From contig BOWX01000001.1 in assembly GCA_019650355.1 (NCBI GenBank), positions 128,234-192,233 on the forward strand: a DNA stretch of 64,000 nucleotides, written 5' to 3'. Shown here piece by piece: positions 61,708 to 64,000 of this stretch. Below the pieces are notes generated by a model that did not search any database, was not told the DNA's origin, and saw only the letters and a list, made by a program, of their open reading frames with translations. Numbering within the stretch: the first letter of the stretch is position 1; each line of letters begins with the position of its first letter. Made by a program: the position numbers and the translations under genes. The stretch comes from Fidelibacterota bacterium. GTDB taxonomy: Bacteria; Fidelibacterota; Marinisomatia; Marinisomatales; Marinisomataceae.

Positions 61708-64000
61708 TTACAGATCGTAACCTAAGCTAATAGATGTAAATCTACCCATTTCAGGGCCTAAGAAAGTTTCTCTATGAACAACATCTGTGATGTTGTCAAT
61801 TGATAAACCAACTGACATTCCGTCAACCGCTTCTAAGTTCCATTTAGCGTTTACGCCAACTGTATAGAAACCTTCAACATTTCCTGAAGTTCCTGAGAAA
61901 CCATCAGCAAAATATGAATCTTGGTAACGCAAAGTCATACCGTATGAAACGTCATCACCTGCATACTGCATTCCACCACCAAGTTTAAACTTAGGAGTGT
62001 TCATGTTAACGAACTGTTCAACACCTTCAAAGTCTACAGTTAGTGAGCTATCACTTAAAAGAGACATGTTCATATTGAATGTCCATTCAGCTGATGGGAA
62101 GTAATTCATAGATACTTCTAACCCTTGAAGGTTTAAGTCTTCAGTAAGTTGTTTGTAACCATAAATTAAGTTACCACCATATGGTGATTGTTCAGGAGCA
62201 ACCATACCGATTGGAGCTTGAGCAACTGTACCTAATAATAGACCAGCAAATTCATCCGCACCAGTACCATTACCATTACCACCAGCAGCAGCAGCGTCCC
62301 AACCGTTAATCCAATTAACAAGGTTAGCATCGCCTGCAGTAGCTAGGTAAGTAAGAACGTTTCCAACATAACTTCCACCATCACCTAATACAGTAACCAT
62401 ACCTGAGAGGTTCTGAATGTTTGTTATATAGTCAGAAATAACAAGGTCATAAACATCAACAGCTAGTGTCATGTTATCAGTTACTTGTCCTTTAAAACCA
62501 AACTCAGTTTGTGCCCAAGTAGTTTCCCTAGTAGCAGGGAAGTCTGGGAACTGAACCATAGGATCAACTACTTCAAAGCTAGTATCAATTACAACATTAC
62601 TATATGCATTAGGTGAAACTGAACCAGCTAAGGCTAATACTGCATTAGCAGCAGCAGCAGCTTGAGCAGCACCATATGCAGCAGCACCAGCAACGTCACC
62701 AGTAGCAGCAGCATAACCTGCAGCAACTTGTGCAGCAAATGCAGCATTATAGCCTGCACCAGCTTCTGACTGTAATATAGAACCCATCATTAGTGGAGCC
62801 CATACACCAAATGCAGCAGCATTCATTGTATTATTACCCATTGCATAATTCGTGTTAACATCTAGTCCTAAAGCTGGAGACCAGTTTGAACGATATGTTG
62901 GTACGCCATTTGCGTCTCTGTCATATGTCCATCCTGTTGTAGTTGAACCCATCGCTTTAACTTGGATGTCAGGATTAAATGGTAATGCACTTCCAAATGT
63001 TGGAGCTTGAGTAAAGTCAATTCCAAGACTTTGTTTGTATACAAAATCTCTATATACAGCGATATCTAGATTTTTAGGGAAGTTACCTGGTAGATCGATA
63101 TTTTCACCATATGTTAAACGGAAGTTTCCTCTAACATCTTCTGGTGTCCATACAAAGGCTAATTTTGGAGCAAATACACCACTTGTTCCAATAGCATCTA
63201 AGTAGTTATTTTGATCATATCTACCTGTACCAACAAATTTAAATTTGTCACCAAATTTCTTCTCATAAGAATAGTAAACACCAAGATTATCAAAATTGTC
63301 ATCATCTTCGTTTTTACCATTAATAGTACCCTTTGTTTCAGGAGTTCTATCAAGATAATCTAGTCCCCAAATTACAGTTTGACCATTCTTCATAGGAACA
63401 GTGTGCTGCATTTGGAAAGCACGATTTGATGACTCATCATATACTATATTACCGTTAACTAAACTGTAAGTAGTTTTTTGGTCATTAATATTCGTAAAGA
63501 AGTTTAAGTAAAGATCTCCACCTAAGACATCTTGTCTAAAGTAAGATATTTGAAATTGATTTAAACCAACATCATCAGCAAACTGTCTTCCAACACCAGT
63601 CATTTCGATAGCAGATAAATTTGCCATTCTAGTGTTAATTGTTATGTTGGATTTAAGGTCAGGACGAATATCTGTTCTTGTTTCTAATACAGTTGCTTCT
63701 GGTGAGAAAGGCTCATCAGCTGTAGCAGTATTTGGAGAACCTTCAACAGGATCGTTGTATCCACCACCTGAATAATCGATAAACGGATATGTAGTAGTTT
63801 GTAGACCTCTTCTAATTAATTCTGGTTCAAAATAATCATGACCTTGAGCTCTAGCTTCAGCTAAAGTTCTTGGCATATTTGATTCCCAGTCGTCAAAAGA
63901 TCTATGGCTAAATGATACTCTAGTAGCAGCTCTAGCGCCCCACTGATGAGCAACACGACCATAAATTTTCATGAAATTTCTATCACCAACAGTTAAAGCA
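61708..64000 (-). CDS. TonB-dependent-receptor-like outer-membrane beta-barrel protein. The 5' end (plug / N-terminus) lies beyond the window.
   Basis: More than 760 aa remain open to the window edge. The sequence has an alternating beta-strand pattern, aromatic-rich girdles and a C-terminal strand 'RFTSISLGYDL'. GC content and codon bias are visibly higher than in neighbouring genes, suggesting high expression. Confidence 0.55.
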   Translation of the reverse strand, partial: ALTVGDRNFMKIYGRVAHQWGARAATRVSFSHRSFDDWESNMPRTLAEARAQGHDYFEPELIRRGLQTTTYPFIDYSGGGYNDPVEGSPNTATADEPFSPEATVLETRTDIRPDLKSNITINTRMANLSAIEMTGVGRQFADDVGLNQFQISYFRQDVLGGDLYLNFFTNINDQKTTYSLVNGNIVYDESSNRAFQMQHTVPMKNGQTVIWGLDYLDRTPETKGTINGKNEDDDNFDNLGVYYSYEKKFGDKFKFVGTGRYDQNNYLDAIGTSGVFAPKLAFVWTPEDVRGNFRLTYGENIDLPGNFPKNLDIAVYRDFVYKQSLGIDFTQAPTFGSALPFNPDIQVKAMGSTTTGWTYDRDANGVPTYRSNWSPALGLDVNTNYAMGNNTMNAAAFGVWAPLMMGSILQSEAGAGYNAAFAAQVAAGYAAATGDVAGAAAYGAAQAAAAANAVLALAGSVSPNAYSNVVIDTSFEVVDPMVQFPDFPATRETTWAQTEFGFKGQVTDNMTLAVDVYDLVISDYITNIQNLSGMVTVLGDGGSYVGNVLTYLATAGDANLVNWINGWDAAAAGGNGNGTGADEFAGLLLGTVAQAPIGMVAPEQSPYGGNLIYGYKQLTEDLNLQGLEVSMNYFPSAEWTFNMNMSLLSDSSLTVDFEGVEQFVNMNTPKFKLGGGMQYAGDDVSYGMTLRYQDSYFADGFSGTSGNVEGFYTVGVNAKWNLEAVDGMSVGLSIDNITDVVHRETFLGPEMGRFTSISLGYDL

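Overview
AT-rich, extremely gene-dense chromosomal segment. Most gene junctions are TAATG/ATGA-type overlaps or gaps under 20 nt. About 60 protein genes, all but five on the + strand. It looks like the core genome of a streamlined, probably marine bacterium. A T9SS-type C-terminal sorting domain, Na+-NQR and a TonB-dependent-receptor-like outer-membrane protein hint at an FCB-superphylum/Marinimicrobia-like organism, but that is inference only. I saw no rRNA, tRNA, CRISPR array, IS/transposon, prophage or defence-island signature.

Gene content in order:
- Broken proline dehydrogenase and an FprA-like reductase.
- nqrABCDEF-apbE, a convergent unannotated nqrM-like mini-ORF, and nhaD.
- PduO-type adenosyltransferase, nrnA, ispH, pdxS/pdxT, dxs, and a methylmalonyl-CoA mutase large subunit.
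- A variant System I cytochrome c maturation cluster (ccmE with CxxxY, ccmF, tiny ORF, ccmABC, ccmD-like).
- Archaeal-type GAPDH-like gene, MBL hydrolase, tilS, ftsH, folP, cdaA, and a PNPOx::UbiA fusion.
- prfB with its genuine programmed +1 frameshift, lysS, lolC/E-like x2 and lolD, dnaK.
- AsmA-like ORF, moxR, DUF58 and a BatD/DUF4381-like gene.
- efp, accBC, gcvH, xerD, M50 protease, miaA, pyrBC, rplM-rpsI-rpsB-tsf-frr.
- nrdJ (-), a fused indolepyruvate:ferredoxin oxidoreductase, an M43 protease with T9SS tail, a Thr/Ser dehydratase, and a TBDR-like outer-membrane protein (-).

The most conspicuous property is about 18 single-base frame breaks, nearly all in A/T homopolymers, hitting essential genes such as dnaK, ftsH, tilS and accB. 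These are most likely sequencing or assembly artefacts.

I do not see a convincing wholly new multi-gene system. The best leads are the CcmH-less CxxxY Ccm cluster with an extra mini-ORF, the opposite-strand nqrM-like ORF, the PNPOx::UbiA fusion, the archaeal-type GAPDH homologue and the AsmA-like/MoxR/DUF58 module. All calls rest on motif recognition by eye; no homology search was run.
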